This document shows positions 33,255-47,877 of a stretch of DNA of 64,000 bases, piece by piece. The notes below the pieces were generated by a model. The model made no database searches and was not told where the DNA came from. It saw only the letters and a list, made by a program, of their open reading frames with translations. Each line of letters starts with the position of its first letter. Position 1 is the stretch's first letter. The DNA is from the human T2T-CHM13v2.0 reference genome, Homo sapiens. The stretch is from the NCBI RefSeq assembly GCF_009914755.1, contig NC_060943.1. One strand, written 5' to 3'. The translations under genes were made by a program, and so were the position numbers.

Positions 33255-33585
33255 TATATATATGACATATGTGATATATATATGATATATATACACACAT
33301 ATGCGTGTATACACCTATTATCAATATCCCCCCACACATATATACATATAAATATGCATGTATTTCACCCCATACACATATATGCTTATCCCCCCCCCAC
33401 AAATATACTTATAAATATGCATGTATCCCCCCACACACAAATATACATAGAAATATGCAGTATTCCCCCCAAAACATATATGCATGTATCCCCCACAGAC
33501 AAATATACATATAAATATGCAGTATTTCCCCCCCAAAACATATAAACATGTATCCCCACAGACAAATATACATATAAATATGCAT
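33255..33585. repeat. degenerate ~37-bp minisatellite (ATGCATGTATCCCCCACAGACAAATATACATATAAAT-like)
   Basis: visible repeated unit. Confidence 0.8.
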
Positions 33586-33589
33586 GTTA

Positions 33590-33980
33590 TGTCCTACTTA
33601 GTCTGCTAGGGCTGCCATAACAAAGTTCCACGTACCAAGTGGCTGAAACAACAGAAATGTGTTTTTTCACAATTCTGGAGGCTGGAAGCTTGCGATCAGG
33701 TGTCAGCAGGGCTGGTTTCCTCGGAGGCCTTTCTCTTTGGCGATCAGACGGCCGCCCTCCCGGTGTCCTCACGTGGGCTTTCCTCGGTGTGTGTCTGCAT
33801 CCACACTTCCTCTTCTGTTGAGGAAACCAGTCCTATTAGATTGAGGTCCATCCTAGTGACTTCGTTTTAGCTCAGATGCCTCTGTGAAGACCCTATCCCC
33901 AAATACAATCACAGTTTGCGGTGCTGTGGGGTTAGGACATCAACATATGAATTCAGGGAGTCTACAGTTCAGCCCATAGC
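33590..33980. mobile_element. MLT1-type MaLR LTR
   Basis: AGGGCTGCCATAACAAAGT.CCAC..ACAACAGAAAT..TTCTGGAGGCTGGAAG..GGTTAGGAC.TCAACATATGAATT. Confidence 0.85.
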
Positions 33981-35094
33981 ACTGCTGGGTTTGTTTCTCT
34001 GGTAGGACTCTGACGGCTACAGGAACAGGCACCATTTCTGCCTTAAGGAACTAGGTGGACAACCTCAATCCCTGAGAAAGGGAAGGATTTTTGAAAGCAT
34101 AATGGGTTCAACTTAGCTGGGTGGAGACCTCCTAAGAAGAGGTAAGAGTCTTGTTCTTTCTCTGTAAAAGGAAAATGGTTTTCTAACGTTTTACTGTTCC
34201 AGAGAAAGACAAAACGCCCAACCTCCATTTACATCTGTCTCAGCGCGCCTCATTAATTCCCTAGAAAGAACTGCTGGAAGTTGAATTACTGGGTCAAAGG
34301 GGATAAGAGGCCCTCGTGATTTGGTTATATTACTGAGTTTTGTTCCAAGTCAGGCAGCTTGGCCATAACTCCTGTTTATTTATCACTGCATTTCTGTTTA
34401 ATCATTTTCACTGCACAGATAGCATATCAATTTTTACTTGGAAATTGAAACTATATATATTTTTACAATTTATCATCCTGTATTTTCCCTCATGAGGCTG
34501 TCCCCATGATGTAAAATGATCCAAAATTTTGATTGCATTGTCCGGAGGAAAGGCATTTGTTATTTTCTCTTAATCATTTTAGTACTGACTTTTCATACGC
34601 CCTTCTTGTGCTTTATAGTCTTGTTTCCAAGCACTTCATTTTACAAACATGCCGTGATGTTCCCCTTCTATCTGCGCCCTGTGCCTTTGTGTACTGGGAC
34701 TCATTTTTTGGGGGGAGACAGGGTCTCACTCTATTGCCTAGGCTGATCCTGACTGCTGGCCTCAAACAATCTTTCTGCCTCAGCCTCCCAAAATTTGGGG
34801 GTTACAAGCAAGAGCCATGGTGCCCAGCTTGAGTTACATTCTTTAAAAATCAATTCATTGCATTTGGCCTTAATGGGAAGACCAAAGCGAGATGTATCAT
34901 GAACTTGAAAACTACAGTATTGACAACCTGTTTATCAGAAAGGTTCAGAAAAATTCCTCTCCCACCATCAGTATCTCAAACCATCCCCACCTCAACTTTG
35001 CTTCCTGGTGGTATTAGCAAATTCAAAGGTGGTGAACATGAAAGACATGTGAAATGTTACAGTGCTGTGGAGATACGGTATCGCTAGTCATTTA

Positions 35095-35352
35095 TGAATC
35101 CACCTACCATCATTCATCCATTCCACCCATCCACCCACTATCCATCCATCCATTATCCATTCATCCTTCCATCCATCTATCCATCCATCCTCTGTCCATT
35201 ACCCATTATCCATTCATCCTTCCATCCATCTATCCATCCATCATCCCTTATCCATCCATCCATCCATCCATCCTCCATCTATCCACCCATCCACTCATCT
35301 ACCCATCCATCCACTCATCCTCCAACTATCTACTATCTATCCATCCACCCAT
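35095..35352. repeat. (TCCA)n-rich low-complexity repeat
   Basis: visible. Confidence 0.9.
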
Positions 35353-35954
35353 CAACAGAGGAGCCACAGAGGGAAGTACTGGGGCTGGTCAGGAAGCAGA
35401 GGGAGTGAGGGGGAAATGTGAGCAGGAGCCTTTTCGTTATTTCCAAGGGAGGGAACGGGTGAAGCAGAGTGGGCAGGCTTAGGATTGGCTCCTGTGAGTG
35501 ATTTCAGTGGCTCTGGGTCACAGGCACTGTCCTGGTTGTCTGGTTCCCAACCCTGGGTGATGAAGGCATGCACACAGAGGCCCTGAGTGTGGGAGCCCAA
35601 TGGACGGGGTGCTGGGTGTGGGCTCTGGATGGGGTGGTTTGCATGTGAAAGGCACCATCTCAGGGGGGTTGTTTATCATCTTTAGGAAAATGTAAAGAAT
35701 CAAAGTACAGAAATTTACACAGGCGTGGTTGATGCACCGGGGAGTGGAATGGGTCAGCCCAGGCGAGGATGGGGCATGTCGGACAGACGCAGCTGGGTGT
35801 GGAGGCAGGACACTGTCAGAAAAGGCTCCTCATGGCTCCTCTCTCCTTAGCGGCCCTCCCTTCAGCTTCTCAATCTTTAATGTGGATTCTACCCCACTCT
35901 GGGTCTGATTTAGCAGGTCTGGCTGGTATTCTGGCTAGTATTCTGCATTTCTCT

Positions 35955-36240
35955 CTCTTTTTTTTTTCAAGACGGAGTCTCGCTCTGTTACCCAACCTGG
36001 AGTGCAGTGGCGCCACTGCAACCTCCACCTCCCAGGTTCAAGTGATCCTCCCACCTCAACCTTCCAAGTAGCTGCAATTACAGGTGCCCGCCACCATGCC
36101 TGGCTAATTTTTGTATTTTTAGTAGAGACAGGGTTTCACCATGTTGGCCAGGCTGGTCTCAAACTCCTGATCTCGAGTGATCTGCCTGCCTCGGCCTCCC
36201 AAAGTGCTGGGATTACAGGCATGAGTCCCCGCACCCGGCC
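35955..36240 (-). mobile_element. Alu
   Basis: antisense Alu dimer. Confidence 0.95.
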
Positions 36241-36649
36241 ATTCTGCACCTCTAGAAAGCTCCCGGGTGTTGAGAATGACAGACTTTGATGGTTTGCCTG
36301 AGACGCTCTCCATTTTAGCAGGGACCCAAGGAGCCCCCGGCCCCGGGCAAACCAGGATGGTTGGTGGCTTCACTGGTGACGCTGCTGGTACTGGTACTGG
36401 GCCACATTTTGAGCAGAAATGTTCTGTTGGAGTCTGCCCTTCCCAAGGCAGGAGCTCAGAGAAAAAGGAGAAAATTTTCACTCTGTTCCCTGCTCTGCTC
36501 GGGCTGACCTTTCCTCCTGGTAAACATCGTGTTTTCTCCTTTACGCAACATGCCCTCAACCCACCTGAGGCCACGTCCAGTGTCTGGACATGCTTGGATA
36601 TTTTTCCCTCTGGACAGTTCCTGACCTTCTAGATACATTTCAACATGAC

Positions 36650-36960
36650 CTCTGTCTCAGGTTGGGGCTCGCCAACCGTGCATGTGAAGGCATGTGCTGT
36701 CTCTCGGCTGCCCAAGGCATGGTCTTTGCATTCTGTCCGTAGCCTGAACAATCATTAACCATGCAATTGCCCTCTTTTCTGCTCATAATGGGCCCCAAAC
36801 CCCTCCGTAACCACTGGAAGCCATCGCTCTCTGCTCTCCACAAGGCAAAAGGGTGAAATATTTTAATAATCATACAGTGTGAAACATCTCACCGAAAAAA
36901 ACACAGCAACAACCAACACATGTAAAAGACAAGACTGATGAATCTGACTCTATATGTACA
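36650..36960 (-). repeat. Y module copy Y4 (5' part and L1 junction), inverted
   Basis: Reverse complement CACACTGTATGATTATTAAAATATTTCACCCTTTTGCCTTGTGGAGAGCAGAG matches 6130-6186 CCACCGTATGATTATAGAAATATCCACCTATATTGTCTTATGG..GAGCAAAG; weaker Y match at 36770-36825. Confidence 0.55.
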
Positions 36961-37534
36961 GAAAATATCAGCAGCTGGAAAAAATATACCACCAAAAAAA
37001 AAAATTGAACAGAGAAACTGGCAAAAGCAGATATCACAGAGTTAAACTTTACAGGTTAATATATAAAGCGTATAAAGAGGTCAGAAAGACACAAGTGGAA
37101 GACCAAAAGCGAAGAGTGGGCAGAGGATGACAACAGGCTGCTAATAAAAGGGAACATTTAAACGTTTAGGAAAGATGAAAAGATATTCCACTTTATTTAT
37201 AGTCTACTAAACTTGGCATCGAAAATCAAAATGAGATATCACTTTCTACCACTCAGACAGAACAAGGTTTATAAAATAGCACATGGAGTGGGCAAGGTGT
37301 GGCATGTGGAAACGGGGTCATCCGCTGGCTGGCGGTGAAGGCGTGGATTGGCACATTTCTGATGCGTATTTTAGCAATAAATCTGCAAAAGAGCCAGTCA
37401 ACAGAGTCCCTTCCAGCAGAACAAATATAGGGAAGCTGCCTTCCTACTGGGCACTTCAGGTTAGTAATCGGAGAAAAGCAAACAAGCACGAAAGAAATAG
37501 AAGAGCGATTTGGCATTATCTAGAAAAGCTACAA

Positions 37535-37770
37535 TCGGTGGCTCTCCATTGTGGGATGATTTCACCCCCTCCACTCCGGGAAATATTTGGAAATGTGTAG
37601 AGATGTTTTTTACTGTCACATCTGGGGCGTGAGTAGGGAGTGAACTACTAGCATCCAGTGGGTAGAGACCAGAGAGGCTGCTAAGCATCCTGCAATGCAC
37701 AGCACAGCCCTCATCAACAATAAAGAGTTACCAGCCCAAAATGTCAATCACATCAAAGCTGAGGAGGCTG
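37535..37770. mobile_element. MER20
   Basis: ATTTGG.AATGT..AGA..TTTT..TGTCACA..GCATC.AGTGGGTAGAG.CCAG.GA.GCTGCTAA.CATCCT.CAATGCACAG. Confidence 0.8.
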
Positions 37771-37939
37771 CCGTATTGCCCAGCAATTCTGTTCCAAGAT
37801 ATATGTCCCAGGGGAGCTCCCTCCATTCCCACAAGGACCAAGCATAATCGTGCTCATTGCAGTACTCACTCACTCAGTGCAGATCTGTTGAATGTGAACT
37901 GTAGCCCAGTCACTTTGCCGTGATGGGGGCTATTCACAG

Positions 37940-38243
37940 TTTTTTGGTTTTTTTTTTGAGACAGGGTCTCGCTCCGTCACCCAGGGTGGAGTGCAGCAGT
38001 GCAAGCCTGGCTCACTGCAGCCTCCACCTCTGAGATCAAGTGATACCCCCACCTCAGCCTCCCAAGTACCTAGGATTACAGGCGTGTGCCACCATGCCCA
38101 GCCAATTTTGTCTATCTTTTTAGAGATGAGTGAGGTCTTGCTGTGTTGCCCAGGCTGGTCTCAAACTCCTGGGCTCAAGCATTCCTCCTGTTCTTGGCCT
38201 CCTGAAGTGCAGGGATTACAGGTGTGAGCCACTGCACCTGGTC
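37940..38243 (-). mobile_element. AluJ-like
   Basis: antisense Alu dimer. Confidence 0.95.
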
Positions 38244-38450
38244 TATTCATATTCTTTGTAGTGAAAAAAAGTGGGATGCTGGGAGAGGAACAACTGAAAT
38301 GTCTATTGAAAAGAGAATGGATAAATAAATTGTGGTGTATTCGTAAAGTGGACTGCAGTACAGAAGATTAAAGAATGAGAGGTACATGTGTCCCTGTGGA
38401 AAGAGCGCAATGGATGAGAGCAAGTTGCGCTGATAGAACATCCACCCTTT

Positions 38451-38612
38451 AGCCTGGCGTGGTGGGGCTTGCCTGTGCTCCCAGCTGCTGGGGACACTGA
38501 GGTGGAAGGATCACTTGAGCCCAGGAGTTGGAGGCCACAGTGAGCCATGATTGTACCACTGCACTCCTCCCTGGGTGACAGAGTGACACCCTATCTCAAA
38601 CAAACAAACAAA
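38451..38612 (+). mobile_element. Alu right monomer followed by GGAA/GAAA-rich repeat (to ~38735)
   Basis: visible. Confidence 0.85.
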
Positions 38613-39082
38613 TTGACAAGAGAAGAAGGAAGGGAGGGAGGGAGGGAGGAAGGAAGGAAGGAAGGGGAGAAAGAAAGAAAAGAAAAGAGGAAAGGAAAGG
38701 AAAGAAAAGAAAAGGAAAGGAAAAAGGAAGAAAGACACCCACCCTGTTACCAACCACCCTCCCAGATCTGTCTGTTGGGTTGCACTGATCCCTTGCAGGG
38801 AATCGTCTTCTTACTTTGTGAGTTTACAGCTCAGCTCCGTGTCATTATTCAGAGTTACTGTAACAATGCAATTCACGAGAAGCCCTGAATGAATGCCGTT
38901 GTGGCTACCATCAAATGTTGACACAGCGTTCAACCCCATCGAGAGGAGATGCATTACTCAAGACATCTGTAGACAGGGATGGAGGACTGGAAGAATGAAT
39001 GAAGTCATTCATTCTTTCAACAAACTTGAAGCACCTGAGGGGTTCTTGCCTGGCACTTTGAACCCCCTCCTTTCCACCCCCA

Positions 39083-39088
39083 AACACA

Positions 39089-39145
<57 letters not shown>
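39083..39145. repeat. (CA)n microsatellite
   Basis: visible, ~30 units. Confidence 0.95.
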
Positions 39146-39147
<2 letters not shown>

Positions 39148-39152
39148 ATATC

Positions 39153-39290
39153 AGAGCCCAGAAAATTCCAGTCTCCGCAGCTCCTTCTTCAGCCCTCCCC
39201 TTCCCGCCTCCAGCTGCTGTGTCCATGGTGACAGTCTGAGCAGGCCTGGGTTGCCGCCGAACAGGTGATTGCTCTTGAAGGAAAACAACA
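39153..39290 (-). promoter_or_regulatory. P module copy C
   Basis: Minus strand: TTTTCCTTCAAGAGC..GTCACCATGGACAC (39219-39232)..GGAATTTTCTGGGCTCT. Confidence 0.65.
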
Positions 39291-39864
39291 CCAAGCCACT
39301 GGGGGGATGGGAGGCAGTGGAAATGGCTCAAACCCTGGCCCCACAGCTGTGGCCTGTGCAGGACCCGCATGTCCCTGAAAATGCATCCTTGAGAGCTTTG
39401 CAAAAGATCACGAAATCGGCCATGAGGGCCTCCCTGACCCTGTCAGAGATAATACATCTCTTAAGCATGAGTGACATTGGCGTTAGCTTTTTTTCTACTT
39501 GTTCATTTATTCATATATTCAACAACTATGAACTGACTGTCCTGGGAGCTGGTGATACAAGAATAAAACAAACAGACAAACAGGAGGCACACTCTGATCT
39601 GATAGAGACATTTGCTCCTTCAAAGAAGATTTTTTTCATTCATTCTGGATGGACTTACGGAAGAGCCGCTGCATGCTGGGGCCATGCTGGGCACAGAGGA
39701 TGCACCACAAAGAGAGAGAGAGAGAGAGAGAGGAAGAGAGGAAGGGAGGAAGATGGGAAGGGGGGAAGGAAGGAAGGAAGGAAAGAAGGAAGAAAGGAAG
39801 GACGGAAGGAAGGAAGGGAGTCAAACAAAGTCCCTGCTTTCTGTTAAAGAACAAAGCATTCGAT

Positions 39865-40150
39865 GAGACTTGTTAAAGCATGGGAAGGAACAAGATTTAG
39901 GACCATAGTGATGGGCATAGACAGACTGCGACAAGGGGATTTTGCAGTGGGGGAGAGAAACAGGGTGCTCAGCTCTGAATGCAGCATGGGCAAGAGAGAA
40001 TCTGTAGCCAAGAAGCAGGGTGGGGGTCAGTGGATGGAAAATTACTGAGAGGAACATCTGGGGTTTCCTCTGGCTGAGAACTGACCTAACAGGATTCTTG
40101 TTGAAGACAGGCTCAGGGTGAGTTGCCCGGGGGAGGCTGAGGATGAGGGA
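39865..40150. mobile_element. MER31-type LTR fragment
   Basis: GGGGATTTTGCAGTGGGGGAGAG..GCAGGGTGGGGGTCAGTGGATGGAAAATTACT.AGAGG. Confidence 0.6.
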
Positions 40151-40459
40151 CGTGAAAGAACCTGTCACTCCACAGGGATTGTCGTCTAGTTGGGGAGAGA
40201 CATGGTAAATCAGTATATATTTTTGTTTTCTTCTGTATCCTCACTGCCTAGCAGAATGCTTGGGATCTAGTAGGATCTTCACAATCATTTTTCAGATTGT
40301 GAACAAATGAACAAATAAATGGGTTCTGTGGAGTTCACAATTCAAATTCTGGTGCCTTTATTCATGTACCACGTTCATAGCATCCTTTCTCCTGAGAGTA
40401 TCCAAGGTTCCTTTCTTGGGTGGATGGGGAGTTGGCTGGATATGGGGCATCCCGGACAA

Positions 40460-40664
40460 AGATGCAACTGCCTTTGCAAAAACTATATCAGTGAGAAAAT
40501 TCTGACAGTGAAAGAGATCTGAGCTAACCCACCTCCCATCTTGCCTTTCCCTTAGTTATTCCTGGGCTATTGGGCCAAGCTGACTTTGGAAGACATTTGC
40601 ACTACAGTGTAAAAGAATAATAGGCTTTGCCCAAAACTCAACTGCTTTTGTAAAGCTAATGGGA
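40460..40664 (+). mobile_element. LTR8-like ERV1 LTR 5' fragment
   Basis: TGCCTTTGCAAAA..GACAGTGAAAGAGATCT..CTAACC..CTCC.ATCTTGC. Confidence 0.55.
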
Positions 40665-40983
40665 GGCTGGCCAGTGTGGTGGCTCATGCCTGTAATCCCA
40701 ACACTTTGGGAGGCTGAGGCAAGAGAATTGCTTGAGCCCAGGAGTTGGAGGCCAGCTTGGGCAACATAGTAAGACCTTGTCTCTACAAAAAATATAAAAA
40801 TTAGCCAGACATGGTGGTGCACCCCTGTTGTCCCAGATACTCAGGAGGCTGAAGTGGGAGGATCACTTGAACCCAGGAAGTTGAGGCTGCAGTGAGCTGA
40901 GATCACGCCACTGCACTCCAGTCTGAGCAATAGAGTGAGACTTGTCTTAAATAAATAAATAAATAAATAAATAAAAATAAAAA
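40665..40983 (+). mobile_element. AluJ-like
   Basis: Alu dimer with (AAAT)n tail; flanked by AAAGCTAATG.GAGG. Confidence 0.95.
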
Positions 40984-41000
40984 GCTAATGAGAGGTCAGC

Positions 41001-41113
41001 CGGTCTCACTGTGTTGCCCAGGCTGGTCTCTAACTCCTGGGCTCAAGGAATCCTCCTGCCTCGGCTTCCAAACTGCCAAAATTACAGGCATGAACCACTG
41101 CTCGCAGCCCCAG
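41001..41113 (-). mobile_element. Alu monomer/FLAM
   Basis: antisense left monomer. Confidence 0.8.
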
Positions 41114-41160
41114 GCAGAAAATTCTTGAAGCAATATCTGACCATTCATCTCTCTTTCTTA

Positions 41161-41499
<339 letters not shown>

Positions 41500-41774
41500 T
41501 TAAAAACTTAATTCTTAATCAAGACCTACCAGAAGTTGCAGCTCCAGAATTCCCACATGGAAGGGACTTGGAGGGAAGTTTTGGGTCAGAGTGGAGGCCA
41601 CTGTGGGGTTTGCCGTGTTCACAATGCCATTCATTTGAATCAATGCTGTCTGCCATGAAAAGTGTACAAGAAAGTGAAGGCATGAAGAAATCAATGTCCA
41701 ACTGGCATTGACTTCTTTTTATTTCAAATTAGTATAAGAAATAGGCCAAGAAGCACATTAGGAAACAGAGGATA

Positions 41775-42755
41775 TGACGGTTAATTTTAGATATCCACTT
41801 GGCCAGGCTGTGGTGCCATGCAGTTTGATCAGGCACCAGTCTAGATGCCGTAGGTGCTGAGTCGATGTAATTAGCATTTACAGTCAGTTGACTTCAAGTA
41901 AAGACTAGTCTCCATCGCCTTGATGGGCCTTATGCAATCAGTTGGAGATGGACTGTTTTTTCCAAGAAAAAAGAATTCTGCCTCAAGACTTTAACATAGA
42001 AACCCTGCCTGAAGTTCCAGCTTGCTGGCCTGCCCTGCAGATTTCAGACCCAGGGAGCAATATCCACTGTTCCCTCAGTCCCCAGCCTGCTGCCCTACCC
42101 ATCGGGCTTGCCAAGCCCGGCAATTGCAGGAGCTAATTCTCTAAAATAGATTCCTCCCCTCCCCTCCTTTCCCTTCCCCTCCCCTCCCCTCCCTTCCCCT
42201 CCCCCCTCCTCTTTCCCCCTCCCCTCCCCTCTCCTCTCCTCTCCTCCCCTCTCCTGTCCTTTCCTCCCCTCCCCTCCCCTCTTCTCTTCTCTCCGCTTCT
42301 CCCCTGTCCTGTCCTCTTCTCCTCTCCTCTCCTCTCCTTTCCTCCCCTCCCCTCCCCTCTCCTCTCCGCTTCTCCCCTGTCCTGTCCTCTTCTCCTCTCC
42401 CCTCCTCTTCTCCTCTCCTCTCCTCCTCGCTCCTCTCTCGTGTCTCCTCTCCCCACCTCTCCTCTCCTCTCCCTTCCTCTCCCCTCCTGTCCTCTCCCCT
42501 TCCCTCCCCTCCCTTCCCCTCTCCTCTCCTCCCCTCTCCTCTCATCTCCTTTCCTCTCCTCCTCTGTCTTCCCCTCCTCTCTTCTTCTCTCCTCACCTCT
42601 CCCCTCCCCTCTCTTCTCTTCTCTCTCTCCCATGCATGTCTCCTCTTCTCTCTATACTTCTCCATCTTCCTCTGTCTCTGTCCCTCTCCCTCCCTACCTT
42701 CCTCCGTATCTCTCTGTGACTCTCTCTCTCTCTCTCTCACACACACAGACACACA

Positions 42756-42800
<45 letters not shown>

Positions 42801-42835
42801 TTGGTTCTGCTTTTCTGAAGAACCCTAGCACAGAA
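41775..42835. mobile_element. MLT2-type LTR with an expanded internal CT/CA microsatellite
   Basis: GGTTAATTTTA..CTTGGCCAGGC; AAGAATTCTGCCTCAAGACT; resumes after the repeat with TTGGTTCTG.TT.TCTG.AGAACCCT. Confidence 0.7.
42152..42798. repeat. polypyrimidine (CCCCT/CTCCT)n tract followed by (CA)n
   Basis: visible. Confidence 0.95.
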
Positions 42836-43029
42836 GGGTATTGTGCGCACAAGCTGACAACATAGACACACCAACATCTGCTGCCTGCCAGGCCCTCAGG
42901 ACAGGAGACCAGACCAGTCTGTAGATATCAAGGGAGTGAGACCCACCCCAAAATGTGGAGAAAACTGGTTAACAACCTGATACATGGACGTGGATGACAG
43001 CAGAATGGCTGGTAGTCAATATTCTTAAA

Positions 43030-43280
43030 CTCTTTGTATGATTCGGAAACAAACCTCTCTAAAGCTCTGTCTGTATTGTGCTGTTTCTGAGAAAATTGTT
43101 CCCTCCTTGTACCCTGGGCTCTTGTTGAACATACCACGGTGGATCTTTGAGCTGAAACTTTGTTTGGGTCCTGGGCCAGATATGAACATTTTAGCCACTT
43201 CTCCTTCACCACCAGGAGCATCCCCGTGGCAATATCTGTCCCATCCAAACCCTCTTTGGCCCTCATCCCTCCCTTGGCGT
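43030..43280 (-). repeat. Y module copy Y5, inverted
   Basis: TTCGGAAAC..TGTGCTGTTTCTGAGAAAATTGTTCCCT..CCACGGTGGATCTTTGAG matches the reverse complements of Y3 (TGTGCTGTTTATGAGAAAATCATTCCCT..CCACGGTGGGTCCTTGAC) and Y1. Confidence 0.75.
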
Positions 43281-43480
43281 TGGTGCTGTGGTCCCCGGAT
43301 GGTTTAGACTCTATCAGAGGAGGAGAAGGAGGCACATCCTTAGGACAGGGAGACAGCTCGTGGCCTCGACTTCCCTCCCACACCAGGACACTCAGGAGAA
43401 TAGTTTCATAATTTGGGTGCAGAAAGTCTTAGTGAGCACAATTCTTAAAAGCTTACAATCATTAAAGATAAGAAGAATTA

Positions 43481-43800
<320 letters not shown>

Positions 43801-44611
43801 GCTGAAAAAGTAGGCACAGAATAACAAAAATGTAAACCAGAAGAAATGATAAAAATGGGTGAAACTATTTTCAACCTAATGAGATTCAAAGAAACTATAT
43901 AGTTTACATGTGAATTGTGTTTACAAGAAAAGAATTTAAAATACGGGGTAACATAAACTTTAAAATCCATCAAAAGAGCAACAGGTAGGAACAGAAAAGC
44001 CTTAAAAGATAAAATAAAATGTGCCAAATAAGGAAAATGATGTTTCGACCTTTCTTGTACTCCAAAAAAATGAATATGCAAACCATACTGGGAAGTCATT
44101 CTTTCTCTTGTCAGATGGACAATAAGGAAATAGACAAGCAGAGTTGACTATGGGGTGAGAGCGGACGCCTTCTCAGGCTGCTGGGGAGAGCGAGTTGCTG
44201 TGACCTTTCTGGCAAGATCTTTTGGCAGTAGACTTCAAAGTTTAATATCTGCATGCCCTTTGACCCAGCAAATCCACTTCTGGGAACCCACCTCCCCACA
44301 GACATACACAAAAGCACACCCCACACACACACATGGTCATGGCAGCCTTGCCAGAGCACGATCAGCCGAAAAGTCCATAGAACGTGCATCTGGGTTGTGT
44401 GAAGCTCAACACTGATGCAGAATTTTACAGTCCAAAGACATCAGCCCCTTGTTAGACAAATGAGCTGTGTTTTGAAGGTCATCTAATGTTAAGATGTATA
44501 TTACATAAGCAAAAGTTGGATTAAAAAACAAAAATGCATCATTATCCAAGTTTGAGCAACTGTAATACATTTATGCATCCATTTATTTATTCAGCTTCTA
44601 AAAACCATTGA

Positions 44612-44975
44612 TGCTGGGCATGGTGGCTCATGCCTGTAATCCCAGTACTTTGGGAGGGTGAGGTGGGCAAATCTCAAACCTGGGAGTTTCAGACCAGCCT
44701 GGGCAACATGGCGAAACCCCGTCTCTACAGAAAAAAAAAAAAATTAGCTGGGTGTGGTGGCGCCTGTGGTCCCAGGTACTTGGGGAGGCTGTGGTGGGAG
44801 GATCACCTGAGCCAGGGAAGGTTAAGGCTGCAGTTGGAGGTTGAGGATCACCTGAGCCTGCGAGGTTGAGGCTGCAGTGAGCCATGGGGATGCCACTGCA
44901 CTCCAGCCTGGGCGACAGAGTGAGACCCAGTCTCGATTAAACACACACACACAAAAACAAACAAACAGAAAAACC
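44612..44975 (+). mobile_element. AluJ-like with an internal ~45-bp tandem duplication
   Basis: GAGGATCACCTGAGCC..AGGTT.AGGCTGCAGT occurs twice. Confidence 0.9.
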
Positions 44976-45459
44976 ATTGAACACTCACGCTAGATATTCT
45001 ATCAGGGAGAGAGGATGTGGCAGAGCTAAAAGAAAACAGAGTGTGCCTGCTTTCACACAACGTCCATTTCACTGGGTGAAAATCACAGAAGAATATAAGT
45101 ACAAGACCATTTTGGAGAGCAATCTGCCGGTGTCTAAGAACGCTGATCCTATGTGTTCCCCTATCGCCCAGAAATTCCAGTTTGAGATTTGTGCCCTAGA
45201 GAAACTCTCACACATAGGGCAAGGAGGCAAGTTCAAAGATGTTCATTGTGACTTTCATTGATTTGGCAGATATTGATTGAGCAGAAACTGTGGACTGGGC
45301 ACTGCTCTGGGCTCTGGGGAGATGTAGCGTTGCTTGTGATGGCCAGGAAAGCAGGAGGAGAGGTTACATCCCAAGTGCCTGCCAATGCGAGAATGGGTGA
45401 ATAAACTGAGTGGAACGTGAAGAGCGGGGAGAGATTGGGATCAAGTTGCAGAAGGATCA

Positions 45460-45898
<439 letters not shown>

Positions 45899-45899
45899 G

Positions 45900-46730
<831 letters not shown>

Positions 46731-46969
46731 TTTTCCAGCTTTCCCTTCTCTTTGTGCCTTCAGCTGGAGTCATTCTGGATCCAACTAAGATAACTCATCT
46801 GAGCAGGTGGACTGACTGTGTGGCTCCCACGGACACAGCCACAAGGAGAAAGTTCTCTTGGCTCAGATAGAGGTGGGGAGGGGGTGCAGGGCTGTTCGTT
46901 TTCTCAGAAAACTTGTAGGAAGCACCTGCGTTGCACTAGGCGGGCATTTTGATCTCAGCACACTTCCAG

Positions 46970-47135
46970 CTCCAGACCTGGACATTTGCAGCCTCCTGGG
47001 CCTTCACTCTGGTTCCTCAGCCCCTCCCCTCCTCTTTGGCTATGGTTTCCACGGCAACAGCCTTGGCCCGGGCCTGCCTGGGGCCTGCATATCAGAGGAC
47101 AGTGCTTGAGGGAAAACATATAACAACCGCCCCCG
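46970..47135 (-). promoter_or_regulatory. P module copy D
   Basis: Minus strand: GGCGGTTG (MYB-like)..TTTTCCCTCAAGC..GTTGCCGTGGAAAC (47045-47058)..AATGTCCAGGTCT. Confidence 0.65.
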
Positions 47136-47877
47136 CTCTTCCAAAGACCGAGACCGGCTGGGGAGGCGTGGACTTGCGGGCCAGGGGGCTCACGCTGCAG
47201 CTCCGCCTCCCCCATCGCTGGGTCAGTCTGACCCCGTTAGCTCTTTCCTGTGAATCCTGAGAGGCGGTCCCTGAGAAGCGAAAGCCTCCTGCAAGAGCCG
47301 GTGATGTCAGTCTCAGCTTTTCCACACCCCTTGGTTCATTCCACACATCCATTGAGCACCACTGAGTACCTGACGCTGGTCCTGAAGACAGGGGCGCAAT
47401 GCTGGGTGTTCTCAGCCTGAGACTTTCACATCCCAGACATTTGTCTGCCAGACACATGCATTGAATCACTCGACCAATACGGACTGAGGGCTCAGCAGGG
47501 CAAGGGTGGGTGCCACAGGAACCAGCCCTAGGCAGAGATCCCTGCCTCCTTGGGGTTTCCATTCTAGTGGGGAGTACACATGGTGAGCACAGAACACATA
47601 AAGTCACAGCACGATGAGCGTGGCCAAGAAACATCAATCGGGGGAGAGACGGAGTGACCTGGGCAGGCTGTTTTAGGTAGGCGTCCGGGAGGGCCTCGAG
47701 ACCATGACGAGAAGTGAGGGAAGGGAGCAGAGGGACGAGCATTCCAGGAGAGGAACCAGCAAGGCCAAGAGCTTGGAGGTGGGAGTTTGTGGGGACATGC
47801 CTGTGTGAGGGAAGCCAGTGGCCCCTGGCAGCAAGGGCTCACAGGAGGTGAGGGCTGAGTCAGTAAGGGGCAAAGGG

